64,000 nucleotides of DNA, taken from NCBI RefSeq assembly GCF_009914755.1, contig NC_060926.1; one strand, given 5' to 3'. Position numbers and translations under genes: made by a program. Shown one piece after another: positions 47,510-60,858 of this stretch. The notes under the pieces are model-generated. The model saw only the letters and a list, made by a program, of their open reading frames with translations. It ran no database searches and was not told the DNA's origin. The DNA comes from the human T2T-CHM13v2.0 reference genome, Homo sapiens. Every line of letters begins with the position of its first letter. The first letter of the stretch is position 1.

Positions 47510-48601
47510 CATGGATGGGCATCCTTATTTTTTCTAAGTAGGAAGGCCTATCATCTTATTGTAGACTTAATTTTAAGGCCTCTCTAACTTACTAGGGCTC
47601 ATGAAAACAGCTCATACTGCTGCCCCTGCTGGTCTCTCTGTCTCCTAAACATACAGGTTTGTATCATGAAGACTGGCAGCCCAAGGGTCAGGCCTGGCTC
47701 ATGCAAGCTTTTCCCTCTCCAATGCCTCACTCCTCCAAGGCAAGTCACAGTAGGACAAGCACTGGGGCAGACTTGAGGACTGGAAGAGAGGCCGACTCGC
47801 CTCCTTGCTGTCTGTCCTCCTTCTCCTGCTCAGCCACACCCCTATCTCATATGCATGGGGTTTTCACCAGGCTCCCTTGTCCCACGAGTGTATTGACACA
47901 ACCCTGCCTGTTCCTTATAGTCTGCAGAACAAGGATTAGCACCCTCGCCTCAAGGGGTCCCTCTGCTGGTGGAAATGACCCAGAAAGAGAAGGCATCAGA
48001 AGCCCAAGGAGAACCCTACCTTTTGGAGGAGCCATGGCTGCAATGAGGAGTTTGACAGTCCCACAAATATTAACCATGTCCCCACAGAAAGGAATCAGCA
48101 AAATCCGAGAAGCAGAAAGGCAGGAGAGATGAGAGCCAGGAGAGAATCATTCCTCATATTTCAAGAAAAGAGATAGCTTTAAGAAGAAGAGGTAGGCAGT
48201 GGTTAAATTTCGGATAACATTAAATAGGATGAGGCTCCACCGAAGTTACCCCACTGATGAGTTTTACAAGAATGATATCCAGAACCTGGTGGAGATTTCA
48301 ACAAACTGAAGTGGGAAGGAAGCAGATATAGACTGCCTTCCCTAGAACTTTGGAGGTGATAAGAATAAAAGAGGAAAATCAGAGAGATCAAGGGTTCTTT
48401 TATTCATTCATTTTTAATATGGAATCTTTTCATCATATTTATTGATTGGCAGGTGGTGTAAAGAAAGAGATTTAAGGCATGTCGGAGATAGCATGTTTGG
48501 TTGGACTAGTGCAGTCTCAGTTCAGACCTGATGGCCCCCTATGCCTTCCCATCATAGCTTCCTTTTCCTCCGGTTTGGATGAATTATTACATGCTTAGAA
48601 G
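47510..48601 (+). pseudogene. collagen-like exon remnants (~47510-47887, 47921-48191, 48453-48601)
   Basis: ORF 47659 QPK-GQA-WLM..AFP-SPM..SSK-ASH-SRT..GAD-LRT-GRE; EAQ-GEP; GAG|gtaggc; RPD-GPL-CLP. Confidence 0.75.
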
Positions 48602-48923
48602 GTTAGAAAAATAAGAGAGATTGCATTCAGGACCTCGATGGAGGGGTGAGCCTTTGTCTAGTGGAAAGATTCTGTTTCCTCTGGAGAGGTAAACAAGGAG
48701 AAAAATACCAGTGAAGACATACAAATATTTTGAAATGGATGAGAGGGAAAGGAGGCCATTGATAGAGAATCATCAACTCATCATGCTGAGATGGTCTTTT
48801 GAGAGTGAGAAGGCAGGTCATTTTGCAGACTGAAAGACGGCAAGCAGGTGTGGGATAGATGAGAGGAAATATGCATATTGGTTAGCCCTCAGTTTATTTA
48901 CCTGTAAGGTCCCTACATTAGCT

Positions 48924-49288
48924 GATACGGTTTAGCTCTGTGTCCCCACCCAAATCTCATCTTGAGTTGTAATTCCCATGTGTCAAGGAAGGGACCTGAT
49001 TTGTGGTGACTGGATTATGGGGGCGGTTTCCCCCACGCTGTTCTTGTGATAGTGAGTGAGTCTCATGAGACCTGATGGTTTTAAAAATGGCAGTATTTCC
49101 TGTGCTCACACTTCACTTCTCTCACCTGCTGCCATGTAGGACATGCCTGCTTCTCCTTCTGTCATGATTATAAGCTTCCTGAGGCCTCCCCAGCCATGTG
49201 AAACTGTGAGTCAATTAAACCTCTTTTCTTTATAAATTACCCAGTCTTGGGTAGTGTCTTTATAGCAGTGTGAGAATGAACTAATATA
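48924..49288 (+). mobile_element. THE1D/MST-type solo LTR
   Basis: tgatacggtttagctctgtgtccccacccaaatctcatc...cagtgtgagaatgaactaata; ttagc on both flanks. Confidence 0.88.
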
Positions 49289-50419
49289 TTAGCCAAACTA
49301 TTTATATTGCACAGCTTACCTATACATGCTACACTGGGTTCTTATATCCAATCCTAGAATGACCTGGTGTTTGGATTGCAAAGAGCCCTGTTTGGTAGGA
49401 ATGTGCAGAGTCTGGGTGCCATCACTGCATGTTATTGTCTCTTGCCATATGCTACCTTTTACAAAGATAGCTGTCTCCTGCCATCAATAGGGCACATATG
49501 CTGACCACAATTTCCAGACTTTCTCAGCACTTATGTGTCATAGCTTCCTTGAGACATATAGCATGAGTTCGAGGCAGCTGGCTAGAAGCCACCCTAATGG
49601 CCCTCCTAGTTCAGTGTCACAGATTCTCATAAGGTGGGGCCGGGCAAAGGGAGAGGTGTTCTCATAGCAGGTTTCCAGAAGAGAAGCAGACATCAAGATG
49701 GATAATTCCCTAGGAGGATGATTATCTAGGATCCAGGACCGATTTTGATAAGAACACTGAGCTTATGTAGTTTTAAATTGCCCTAATTTCATACTCTTTT
49801 CGTTAGCTCTGAGGTAGTCTTGAAAACAAGCAATCTTGAAACCTGAATCATTTCAGCATGGTGAGAAAGTATAGTAGCCATGAAAAATAGCAGCCCAAGA
49901 GAACCAATGAAGATGGGGATAGAATGAATTTGAAGCTTCTCAAAGCCCATCTCCAAGGAACTGTAAAAATCTGGCCTATTTGGCAGCAACCTAAAGGGCC
50001 CCACTCCCAAGGCTTGTCTTTATTTGACCTTACTCAGAGCTCACTTTTTGCAAACAGCTTTATTTCCTGGGCATTTGTTGAAAACAATCAGCAGCAATTG
50101 TTCACTGACTGAGGCAATAGACTTGAGGCTAATAAGACAGTGATCAAAAAATTAAAAAGGAAAACTGAGGAAACCATAGGGAATATGCAAATCTTCTATA
50201 TTCATGGCAATCTTAAAGGCTACCACACTAGCTGGACTGTGCACATGCCCAGAACAGATCCAAGAAGACCTTGATCTCTTACCTCAAACTGACTGTGTCA
50301 GCAGGCAGAGAAGGCTAAGGCACGATTTTAAAGTATCTGCTGGGGCATTGAAAGCATACCTCAGTATACATAGAGCCCTTTCACAAAAGCTGGGAGATGT
50401 ATTGGTTCAAGGCCTTTAA

Positions 50420-52578
50420 AGAAATCTCTGTTAATTGAGAATTGACAGAACTAGTTTAAAACATTACTAATTAAATAGCCACAATATCAACCAAAGGCAA
50501 CAATAACAAACCATGTAGGAGTGTATTTGTAGTTTTCAATGAAAATTGTGAAACATGCAAAAAACCATACACAAAAAAGTATGGTACGTAAATAGAGGAA
50601 AAACAGTTAATGAAAACTTTCTTTGAGGAAGTCTAGATGTTGGAATTAACAGACAAAACCTTTAAATTAGCTATCATAAAAATGTTCCAAAAGCTAAAGG
50701 AAACTGTATCTAAAGAATTAAAAGAAAGTTAAAAAAAAGGATGATGTCTCCTCAGATAAAGAATATCAATAAAGAGATAGAAATCACAAAAAAGAACCAA
50801 ATAGAAAATATGGAAAGGAAATGAAATACCTAAAAAGAAAATTACTAGAGGGGCTGAATGGCACTTTGGAAGTGGTAGAAAAATAGAATCATCAAAGAAG
50901 TGTGAGTTGAGATTTTGTAATATGAGACCCAGAAAGAGAAAGGAAAATAAAGTAATAAAAAAACTGATGTTCAGAGCTGTGAGATACAATCAATCACATC
51001 AAAATATATATGATGAAAGTACCAGAAAAAGAGAAGTTCAGAAATAATATTCAAAGATATAATGGCTGAAAATTGTTTTCAATTTCATGACAAAGAGTAA
51101 TCTGTACATCTGAGAAGCACAACAAACTGAAAGTAGAGTAAGGGAAAAAAAGCTGACTGTTAGGCACATCAAATCAAACTATCCAGCCAAACACAAAGAG
51201 ATAGTCTTATAAGCAGCAAGAGGCGTGACTCATTGTGTACAAGAGATCCTCAATAAGACTAACAGATGACTTCTCATCAGAAACCATGGAGCCCAGCAAG
51301 CAGTAAAGTGGAATTTCTAGGACAATAATAATGCAAAGAAGGGAGAAGAAATGGAGCTATATTGGAGCAATGATTTTGTGTACCAGTGAATTGTTTGTAT
51401 TAATATGAACTAGACAGTTTTAACTGAAAATGTTAATTATAATCTCCAGGACAATTACTGGGAAAACACACACACACAAACACACACACAAATATAGTAA
51501 ATGAAATAAAAAAGGAAATTAAATGGTACACTAGAGAATATCTTTTAAACAAAAAAGAAGTCAGTAATGGAGGAATGCAGAAGCAAATAACAAAGGGGCA
51601 GACACAAATCTTACCTTATCAGTAATTACATTAAATGTAAAATTACTAAACATGACAATCATGTTTAGTAGCAGCAATTGATGGAATGGGTAAAAAAAAA
51701 TCACCTGCCTTTAGTGTATCTACAAAAGATGCATTTACACTCAAAGATACAAATAGTATCTTATAATAGTTAGAAAGTAAATGGATGGAAAAAGTTATCT
51801 TATTCAAATAATAACCAAAGGGGATCTAGAGAGCCTACATTAATATTAGACAATATTACTCTAAGCAAATTTTTTTGGAGGAGACAAAGAAGAACAGTTT
51901 ATAATGATAAGAGGTTTAATTCATCAGAATAACATTGCAAGTGTAAACGTATGCAACTAGCATGTGAACCCCAAAATGCATGCAGCAAAACTGACTAAAC
52001 TGAAGGAAGAAATAGAAACATCAACAATGATAGTTAGAAACGTTAATACCCCATTTTCAATAATAAATAAATAAAACTAAGCAGGAGATCAACAAGGAAG
52101 TAGAAGACTCTCGAAGAACACTATACACACTAGACCTAAGAGATACCTACCGAGCATTCCACAAAACACAACAGAATATAATCTTCTCAAATGCACATGG
52201 AACATTTTCCAGACTAGATCTCAGGCCCAACAACAAGGCGCGATACATTTAAAATAACTGAAATTGTGCAAAGTACATTTCCTGACCACAATGGAATGAA
52301 AGTTAAAAAAAAATTAAAAAACAGAATAATTCTATTAACATGAAGTGTCCAGGATAGGCAGATCTATAGACACAGAAAGAACTGTAATGGTTGCAACAAT
52401 TTGTAGGGAGGGAAAAATTTCTAATGAGTTTCTTTTTGGGACATTGATATTATTCTGGAATTAATGTCACTCAAATTTGTGAATGTACCAAAAACTATTG
52501 AATTGTACACTTTAAAGGGAAATAATTTTTATGATATGTGTATTCTATTCTCTATAAATATTATGAAAAATAAAAAAG
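50420..52578 (+). mobile_element. old L1M (ORF1/ORF2 start plus 3' end)
   Basis: gacttctcatcagaaaccatggag, ttacattaaatgtaa, ttcctgaccacaatggaatgaa; L1M 3' end. Confidence 0.8.
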
Positions 52579-52981
52579 ATTCGAGAAACTATAAATATTC
52601 CTTGAGCTAAACTGAAGGTCAAAAGTGCATGACTGTTGCGAGGACAAGGTGGTACATCTGACAGTGAAATTCCCTCCTAAGCTGATCAGCCAGAAATCGT
52701 TGATATTATCCTCAAGCCTCAGACCACAAGCCAGTGAAATTTTACATTGTGTACTTATTCTTCAGAAGTAATTCTGTAACCTCCTTTGTATGCTAGTCAT
52801 GGTCCTGATGGATGCACTTGTTAATTTTCTCTCACCTGATTCGCACCTATCATGTTCCAGATATTTTGGCGGGGTCGGGGGTGGGGGTTCTTAGGAAGCA
52901 TTTGACAGCCTGAAAATGAGATCTGTTTATATTCTAATCTTTTCTAATCTTTTTTTCTTCTTTGTCTTCTTTTTCACTTAG

Positions 52982-54346
52982 CTCACTAAATGGCTCAATC
53001 CAGAGAAGGTCTAGGTTCCATTATCTTATCATTTCTGAACGTTGATATATTATCTCAATCTTGGCCACCAAGGCTAAAAATGAACTGTGTTTTTCAAAGC
53101 AGCGCTTCCATAGTCTACATAAGGGGAGTGGATATTAACAAGTCCTTTGGACCTTCAGAGTTCTCTGGCACTGCGCCAAGACGTTTCCAGCACTCATTTT
53201 CCTGAGCCCTGAGGCCTGGGTGAGACACATCCCATCCTGGTTAATTTCAGAGACGAAGCCATTACTGAGTGGTTCTAGGCATAGTGTTCATTTTTAAACT
53301 TTTAATTCTTACATCATTTGTTAAGTAATTGGGCTCAACTGTGTGCTATTGGCATATTGTATTAATGAATTGCACATGTAGCTTTAATTTCTGCTTTTTA
53401 GGTTTCAGTTATTCTTTTTGTAACTCCTCTAGAGAAACACGTGTCTTTGTATATTTTTGGTCCTGTTTAATTGTGAAAACTTTCCTCTTGGCTGTTTTGT
53501 TACTAACAGATAATCACCTTCACAGTCCCGCCTTTTTTTTTCTGCGGATGACAGCGGAACAAGTTTGTGTGCGGCTGTATATCAGCCCTGGATTTGGGGT
53601 AGACACTGCACAGACCTGGACTGAAATCCAGTTTCCGCCACGTTCTTTGTAACTTGAGAAAATTTCTGAAAATCTTAGCATCAATTTGTTGTTATTGTTG
53701 CTGTTTGTAAAATGAGGGTAAGAGTATTTGCCCCACAGGACTATTGAGAAAATTTGCTTTTCTTCCTCTTTATTATACAACATTCAGGATTTTTTTCCCC
53801 ACAAAATAACAGATAAGATGTCAGTATTCGAGTCTTAATAGATAACTATTCTAGGTGGCATTCCTCTTCCTGGCTGCACGCCTGGTCATGAAATGGTGAC
53901 GAAATCTCCACTACCCTAACCATCGCTCCACTCAGCTCCCTGCCAGGAACCTGATTGAGACTACCTTGCTGGCACATGATTTCATTCACTAAGCATTTAT
54001 TGAGCACTTACTATATACTGGTTACTCTACTTGTTAGGCAAAGACAAATAACACAGGATGTCTGCTGCAGGGAAGTCATCAAACAAAATTATTTTGGAGG
54101 GAGAAAGGTATAATTGCTGCACAACATTTAAGCATGTGATTTTTTCCCCCCGAATCTCATTCTATTTAGCTATGTATGATCTATTTTAAATCAGAATGAG
54201 AGGCATAAAACCTGGAGTGAGTTATAGACACTATTGGGTTTGTTCCTCTCGCCGGGTTGTTTCATAATTAATGCTTCTAGGAGGACTCTTATTTGCTATT
54301 GGCCACCATCTTTTTCTTTAATATCAGCATCTTCAATCCTGCCACG
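52982..54346 (+). pseudogene. collagen-like exon remnants (52982-53219, 53251-53324, 53402-53562, ~53780-53978, 54195-54346)
   Basis: Long polyY/AG; SQS-WPP-RLK..YIR-GVD..GPS-EFS-GTA; G|gtgag; PLP-GCT; GLF-LSP-GCF-IIN-ASR-RTL-ICY-WPP-SFS. Confidence 0.8.
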
Positions 54347-54445
54347 GTATTTAAATAAAAAGTACAAATATAGTTTTAATGTCATTCTCCTTGAAAGACC
54401 TTTTTTTTGTTTTGTTTTTTTCTTTTTTCTGTGACTCCATGTATC

Positions 54446-54862
54446 TGTCAACCAAGAAAAGGCAAAAGATCAGATGCCAAAGCAGTAAGACAAGGCCTTT
54501 ACTGGGAACTTAGGAATTGCCATTTGGGAGACACAGATTTCACTATTAATAGAAGACAAATTATGTTCCAAAGAGAAGGAGAGAGTGGGGATTTTTAAAA
54601 TGATGCCGAGGGCGCTTACACAAGTTGTATTGAAATATAATAACTACCCTGGTGGAGGTGGCTGGTTTAGTACAGGAGTCCGTAGTTCATTGGTTGTTGC
54701 TGTTTAGGAGTCGCAGCTCTGGTGAAAATCAGATGTTTTCCAGGATGCTGTGGTTCTGACACTCTGGTCCGGCTCAAAGTTTCAAGGCAAATTCCCATTT
54801 TCGTGATTTTTGTTGTTGTTTTTGCAAGGTTGCTGTCCGTGCAGGTAGTCCTTCTTAGAGCA
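54446..54862. mobile_element. probable LTR (family not identified)
   Basis: Starts TG; break in the Gly-X-Y pattern; general resemblance to a reverse-strand ERV LTR. Confidence 0.4.
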
Positions 54863-55338
54863 GCTTCCCAACACCATTTCGCATGCCGCATCTCACATAT
54901 CCACCATATCCACCATCTTTACGGCTTCCCAACACCACTTCGCATGCCGCATCTCACATATCCACCATATCCACCATCTTTACGGCTTCCCAACACCATT
55001 TCGCATGCCGCATCTCACATATCCACCATATCCACCATCTTTACGGCTTCCCAACACCACTTCGCATGCCGCATCTCACATATCCACCATATCCACCATC
55101 TTTACGGCTTCCCAACACCACTTCGCATGCCGCATCTCACATATCCACCATATCCACCATCTTTACGGCTTCCCAACACCACTTCGCATGCCGCATCTCA
55201 CATATCCACCATATCCACCATCTTTACGGCTTCCCAACACCACTTCGCATGCCGCATCTCACATATCCACCATATCCACCATCTTTACGGCTTCCCAACA
55301 CCATTTCGCATGCCACGTCTCACATATCCACCATCTTT
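54863..55338. repeat. 61-bp minisatellite (7 full units plus 1 partial)
   Basis: Unit gcttcccaacacca(c/t)ttcgcatgccgcatctcacatatccaccatatccaccatctttacg starting at 54863, 54924, 54985, 55046, 55107, 55168, 55229, 55290. Confidence 0.98.
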
Positions 55339-55449
55339 TCTTTGGTAACTTTCTTTGGGTTATGCCACTGGGTCTCCCCTCCCCAGCCTGCCCCCAACCA
55401 CAGCTGTTGTCCACACTTCTCATCTATGCATTTTAATTCCCACCTATTA

Positions 55450-57160
55450 AATGAGAATGGTCTCTTTAGTCTTTTTCCTCAGCCTTCTTTCTTTTTATCT
55501 AATTCTACTGGTGACTGGAAATTTTCAACTCCTGAAACTAAACATGATTTTGCTGATTTGTTTTTAGAGCTTTTGTGATAAGAGTTAGAAAAATGGAGAG
55601 AGTGACCACAGAAGAACCTTGGGTTACAGACAAAGAAGGTCCATGGAACGGGGTGCTGGGGAGGTTTTGCTGTTAAAAGCAAAGGCAAAAAGTGTAATTA
55701 CTTTTGCAGTAACCTAATCATAACATGAGTTGTGCCGCCATTGTTCAGGAATATGAGAGCCCTCAGAGTGAACTCCATGGGTCCACAAAATCAAAATGGT
55801 GATAAACATTGCAATCTCCTGCACACAGTTGTTACGATGACCTCCATATGTTAGTAAAGGCTGGCTCAAAAACAAATACAAAACTGGGAAAAAAATTCTA
55901 TTGTCAATCAACATGTGTTTCAGCAAAAATGCAGTGAGAGAGTTTCAATTTTTCAGAGGACTCCTGTGTAGTAGAATACATGCCAGCACCTGAATGTCTT
56001 TATTCTCCACCAGTCAGTTTGTTGAGATAAGTTATCTGAACAGAATATGAAAGGTTTCTGTAGAAAGAAGCTGCCTGAGTGTCATTGCGTTGGCAGTGAC
56101 TACAAACTGCCTTATTTTAAAAGTGGAACATGCACATCATAGCTCGTGTCCACAAAAGCTCGGGCCATGTGCTATGTTAAGAAAATCACTCAGAGATCTT
56201 TCATTTGTACTTTTGCAAGGGCTATAGGGTTGTAGACAAAAGGTTATTTTCATGTCTGTCTTCATCATTATTATTATAAGAAATTAATATCATCCACCTT
56301 ATCTAGGAATCCTTCAAAGGTCTTGACCCGACCTAAACCGTGAACCCAAAACTAAACTGATCCACATTAATTTTCAAAACCATCAGCTGAAACTGAAACC
56401 ACATAGTAATTATAGCTGAAATGTATACTGAAACAACGTCTTCTGAAAACCTGACTTGGCTTGATATATTTCGAAATGTAATTAAGGTATGTAAAAATGT
56501 CTCTGACCGACAGGTCATTGGAGCTTTATTTGTAATATGAGTCAAAGCACATGCAGTGTGACCAAAATAATTAAAGAAGAGAAAAACCACCCTAGACCTT
56601 AAAATGATGGCGCTATCAATTTTCAGACTGTTTTGCTGGCACGGAGAGGGGAGGGGAGCGTGTCTTAGGCCTAGGCGATCTGCATTTGATCTTCAGGGTG
56701 GGTAAGGGGTGCATCCAAGAGCCAGGCCTTTGAGGGGTCAGCCTGAGAAACATGGAGAGCTGAAGAGAGCAAAACTGAGCAGGGACCTGGGCTGGGGAAG
56801 GAGAGAACTATGACCATAGTGAGGAAGGTCTCCTGGGGCACTCAGCAAACAGATTTAAACATTTTCTAAAACTGAAGAAAATAGCTATACCAGATCCTCA
56901 GTGATCTCTTGTGCTGACTAGAAAAAACTCAAAATTGAACTAAAAACTTTATTTGAATCACTCCCCTTTGGAACACTGCTTTTAGTTTAGAGTTTAAACT
57001 GGTCCATTGCTCAGGTTGGAGGTCTGGGAAGGACAAAAGGCTGCCTCCTGTTTTTTGTACCTGTATCCAGGGGCTCCCCACACTCCACCTTCAGCATCTG
57101 TGTGTCCATCTGTTCCGCTCAGTGGACTGGGCAATTTAAATCTCTCTAGGCCTGACACAG
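55450..57160 (+). pseudogene. collagen-like exon remnants (~55450-55685, 55710-56242, 56281-57160)
   Basis: GES-DHR-RTL-GYR; SM-GPQ-NQN-GDK; NMK-GFC; SFK-GLD; QEP-GL*-GVS; SEE-GLL-GHS-ANR; E-GQK-AAS-CFL. Confidence 0.75.
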
Positions 57161-57172
57161 AATAAATACTTG

Positions 57173-57498
57173 CAGGTGAGCATACCAGATCTGGAAATTC
57201 AAAATCAGAAGTGTTCCAGTGTCTAAAACTTCTTGACCACTAATGTGACACTGCAAGTCAAAAATTCCATGCATCACGGCTTAACGCCAACTTTGTTTCA
57301 TGCACAAAATTATTTAAAATATTGCATAAAATTACCTCCAGGTTGAGGATATAAGGTGTATATGAAACATAAATAAATTTTATGTGAACTTGGGTCCCAT
57401 CTTCAAGGTATCTCATTACATATATACAAATATTCAAAAATCCAAAAAAAGCCAAAACACTTCTGGTCCCAAGCATTTTGGATAAAGGATACTCAACT
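57173..57498. mobile_element. Tigger4/MER46-like DNA transposon
   Basis: End cacttctggtcccaagcattttggataaaggatactcaact resembles the Tigger4 terminus. Confidence 0.75.
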
Positions 57499-57554
57499 TT
57501 TAATAGTTATTAAATGACTACATGAATGCATCAATGAACGAAATCTTGTGAATT

Positions 57555-58524
57555 TTCCGAAAGGGAGAGTTACGTGGGGCTTGGCAGGAGTCTTTTTATC
57601 CCATCGTGAGAGCTGGGCCCAGATAGACTGTCATCTAACCCTGCTTTAGTGATGATGGGTGTGGTGGGGGAAGGAGCCCATGGCTGTGGGCATGTGTGGA
57701 CCACTGTCTCACTCCGGAGATAAATGATGGATGTTACCAGGGAGGCTCAGGGCCGGAAGCACACACACAGCCACTATCCCACAGAGTCTCCACCCAGTGG
57801 TGACAGAGATGGGATGAGAATCAATACAACACTTTTCTTTTTGTTTTTAGTACAGATTTTTAAATCCTAGAATAAAAGGCTAGAAATAAAAACAGAAAGA
57901 AATCACAATACAAGGCAAAACAACCAACCAACCAAACATCTTAAATCTGAGCTGGAACAAGGGTGGGTTGCAGCCAGTCAGTCTGGAGGTGTGTTCCTGG
58001 TGCCCATGGCACCTCACTCTGTCAAAGAGCTTGACACGCACAGCAGCTCAAGATGGGCATATGCTCTGCTATTCTGCAGAGGAGCAGCTGAGCCTTGCAC
58101 AGAGGTGGAATTCACAGTCTTCACTTCACGTGAAGAATCTCTGAGCCTAGGAAAGATTTGAAATAACCTCTTTAAAGTTATAAGGAAACAATATAATTTT
58201 GACAGCTATTGTCTAAAACTGCAAAAGATGCTAATAATTTTCCAACATGTATTGTACATACAGACCCATAACCCACCCAGGTTATTTTGATATTAGTTTG
58301 TGCAGTTAAAAAAAAATGAAATGATTTGGATAATTGAAATTTGCAAGGACCATGGTAGATTAGTAAAAATGAATCACAATAGATTGCTTCAATTTCTTTT
58401 CATTTCTAATTCATAGCAGGAAATGAGAAAGCACATTAGGTCAATGGTTATGAACGAATTAAGAGGGAAACTAAAAGCAATTGCATTTTAAAATAGGTTC
58501 TGCAAAGAATATGGAATATCCAAC
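57555..58524 (+). pseudogene. collagen-like exon remnants (~57555-57808, 57945-58362, 58417-58524)
   Basis: GMC-GPL-SHS-GDK; CYQ-GGS-GPE; CVP-GAH-GTS; LQ-GPW; VN-GYE-RIK-RET. Confidence 0.8.
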
Positions 58525-58790
58525 GTATCTTTAAATTTACAGGCTTACAGCACTGGGTTTAAGCCGGATAACCCGGGCTTCTATCTTAGTTCTTGCACTT
58601 ATTAGCCGTGTAACATTGAGCAATTTACTTAAACTCCTTGACTCTTGGTTTGCTCATCTATGGCATATATATAGTAATAAATACCTTACAGGTTCTTGTT
58701 AAAACGTTACTGCGTAGCTTTTCAGAATGTCTTGTGCAGTGCTGATCAGATGGTCTGTGTTTAGTATTTTTTATCTGTATCTGACTTCAG

Positions 58791-59491
58791 ATTAGAGATG
58801 CCAGAAAGAAAAACATCTCACCCGACAAAGAAAATTAAAATCAGCTGGTTGGGACCTCACCCTCACATGCTAGGAATTCCTTGCTTTGCCACATTAATGT
58901 CTTCATTAAATATTCATGGGCATTGTTCATCTTTTCTGAATCTGCCTTGGAACCCTTGAGGAAAAGCATGTCCTGTGTCCCTCGGAAGGCTGCCCTGAGC
59001 CTGGATGCCAGTGGTGGCAATGGACACGCAGGCAATTACTGGATGAAAGATGAGGGTGGCTGGGTGTGAGCAGGTCACTTCCAGGGCAGCACTCAGCTTT
59101 CTGAGCCAAGATACCAATGCCGAGAGGGCTGTTGTTCTCTACCCAGCACCCAAATCTGCATTTTCCCTCCCCCTGTCTCCCAAAGGGAACACTGTGGCTT
59201 GCTTCTATTTTAGTAAAGGGTACATTTTGCCCCAGGGAGCCCCCATTTCTGAAAGCACGGGAAGTGGGATACTGGGGACTTTCCCTGCAGTCCACTCGGA
59301 TGGGTCATTAGGAAGGATGAGAGTCCCATCTAGCACTGGGAATAGCAGCCACTCACAAAAACACCACACGGGCTTGCCCTGTCTTCACAAGCACAACCTC
59401 ATCTATGAATAAACCATTTATGTCTGCAAAAGGGAAAGTCAGCAGACTGAAATGAAGGCCTTCATGATGATCCAGTTTTATTTAACGACGA
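58791..59491 (+). pseudogene. collagen-like exon remnant (~700 nt; best preserved frame)
   Basis: HML-GIP-CFA; GGN-GHA-GNY-WMK-DEG-GWV; ORF 59050 AAL-SFL-SQD..AER-AVV-LYP-APK-SAF-SLP..SPK-GNT..FSK-GYI-LPQ-GAP..GIL-GTF-PAV-HSD-GSL-GRM-RVP-SST-GNS-SHS. Confidence 0.85.
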
Positions 59492-59499
59492 GTAAATAT

Positions 59500-59995
59500 A
59501 TTGTTCTCTTTTTTTGTGATTTTCTGAATAAGAATTTTTCTTTTCTCTAGTTTATTTTATTATAAGAATACCATATGTAATACATATAATATGCAGCATA
59601 TGTGCTAATTGACTTTGTTATCAGTAAGGCTTCTGGTCAAAATAGGCTACTAGGAATTAAGTTTTTTGGGGAGTCAAAAGTTATATGCAGATTTCTGGCT
59701 GTAAAAAGTTTCAGGGAGTTGGCACCCCTGACCCCTACATTGTTAGAGGGTCAATTATAAATGAAATATCCAGGCAAATTCATAGAGAAAGAAAAGAGAT
59801 TATTCGTTAGCAGGGACTATTGGGGAGGGTGACTGCTTTATGGGTACAGGGATTTTTTTGAAGGTGATGGAAATGTTTTGGAACTCAATACTGCTGATGG
59901 TTGCCTGCACATCGTTCTGAGTGGATTGAATGCCACTGAATTGTACCCTGTTGAAATGATACATTTTATATTTTGTGTATTTTGTCATAATAGTA
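59500..59995 (+). mobile_element. Tigger2-like fragment followed by an L1MB-type 3' end
   Basis: gtaaggcttctggtcaa...ggggagtcaaaagttatatgcagattt...agggtcaatt; then atccaggcaaattcatagag...atgccactgaattgtac. Confidence 0.65.
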
Positions 59996-60344
59996 AAACT
60001 AGTTGTAAGGGCTTTCCATATTTGAATCTAGCTTTATTTTGTTAGTCAACAAACTAACCGTATTGATGTTAAATTAAGCTAACAAATTAACTTTCTTTAT
60101 TTTGATTCTTCCATTCCAGTGCTGTCCTCCACGGTCTTAACAAACTGAAATGCTCACACTTCAAAGAATAGACATGTGACTTCTTATCTTCATTTCTGCC
60201 CTCCTCTGCCTGGCTAATACTCACTGGTGCACACATTCATATTCCAAGACTGGACTCATATCACCAACTCATGAAATCTTTTTTGAACTACTCAATATAG
60301 ACTCTGTGCACCCACCACAGTTGGGCAACTTTTAATCCAATCCA

Positions 60345-60858
60345 TTATATTGTTTAGGTACTAAACATGGGCTGCATAACAAACCATCCCATAACTCAGT
60401 GGCTTAAACCAATAATATTTCTTTTATTCACAAATCTGCAGTTGGGGCAGGGCTTGGTGAGGATAGCTCCTTTCTGCTCCAGTTAGCCCCAGACAGAGCA
60501 ACTTGAAGGCTGGACTTGCGTAAAAGCTCATCCACTCACATGTCTGGTGGTTCATGGGGCCATTGGCTGTGGCCTCAGCTAGCACTGCCAGCTGGGATGC
60601 CTACACACAGCCTAGCCATGTGGCCTGAACTTTCTTACAGTATCCTGGCTGAGTTCCATGGTGAGCCCCAAAATAGAGAAAACCAAGCAGAGCCATATTA
60701 ACTTTTATCTCTAACCTCAGGAGTCACATGGCTCCATTGCTGCCACATCCTATTAGAAGTGGGTCACTCAAGTCAACTTAAGAGATGAGGTGATACAGAC
60801 CCTACTTTTTGTGGAAGGAGTGTCAGAGAACTGATGAGCATGTGTTAAAATCACCACA
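60345..60858 (-). mobile_element. MLT1 (MLT1F-like) LTR
   Basis: gctgcataacaaaccatcccataactcagtggcttaaacc...tgttaaaatcaccaca. Confidence 0.7.

Larger units (their letters stand above)
48909..52870 (+). pseudogene. long collagen-like exon remnant split by a THE1 LTR and an old L1
   Basis: CLV-GMC-RVW; N-GPP; GQR..RFP-EEK; K-GKL-RKP; after the L1 TE-GQK, LR-GQG-GTS, ASH-GPD-GCT. Confidence 0.7.

Noticed and set aside
54863-55338. Regular repeat array resembling a CRISPR array
   Set aside because: Head-to-tail near-identical units without unique spacers, in primate DNA; it is a minisatellite.
54722-55578. Three long overlapping + strand ORFs (143-231 aa)
   Set aside because: The 61-bp unit lacks stops in all three + frames; no independent coding evidence.
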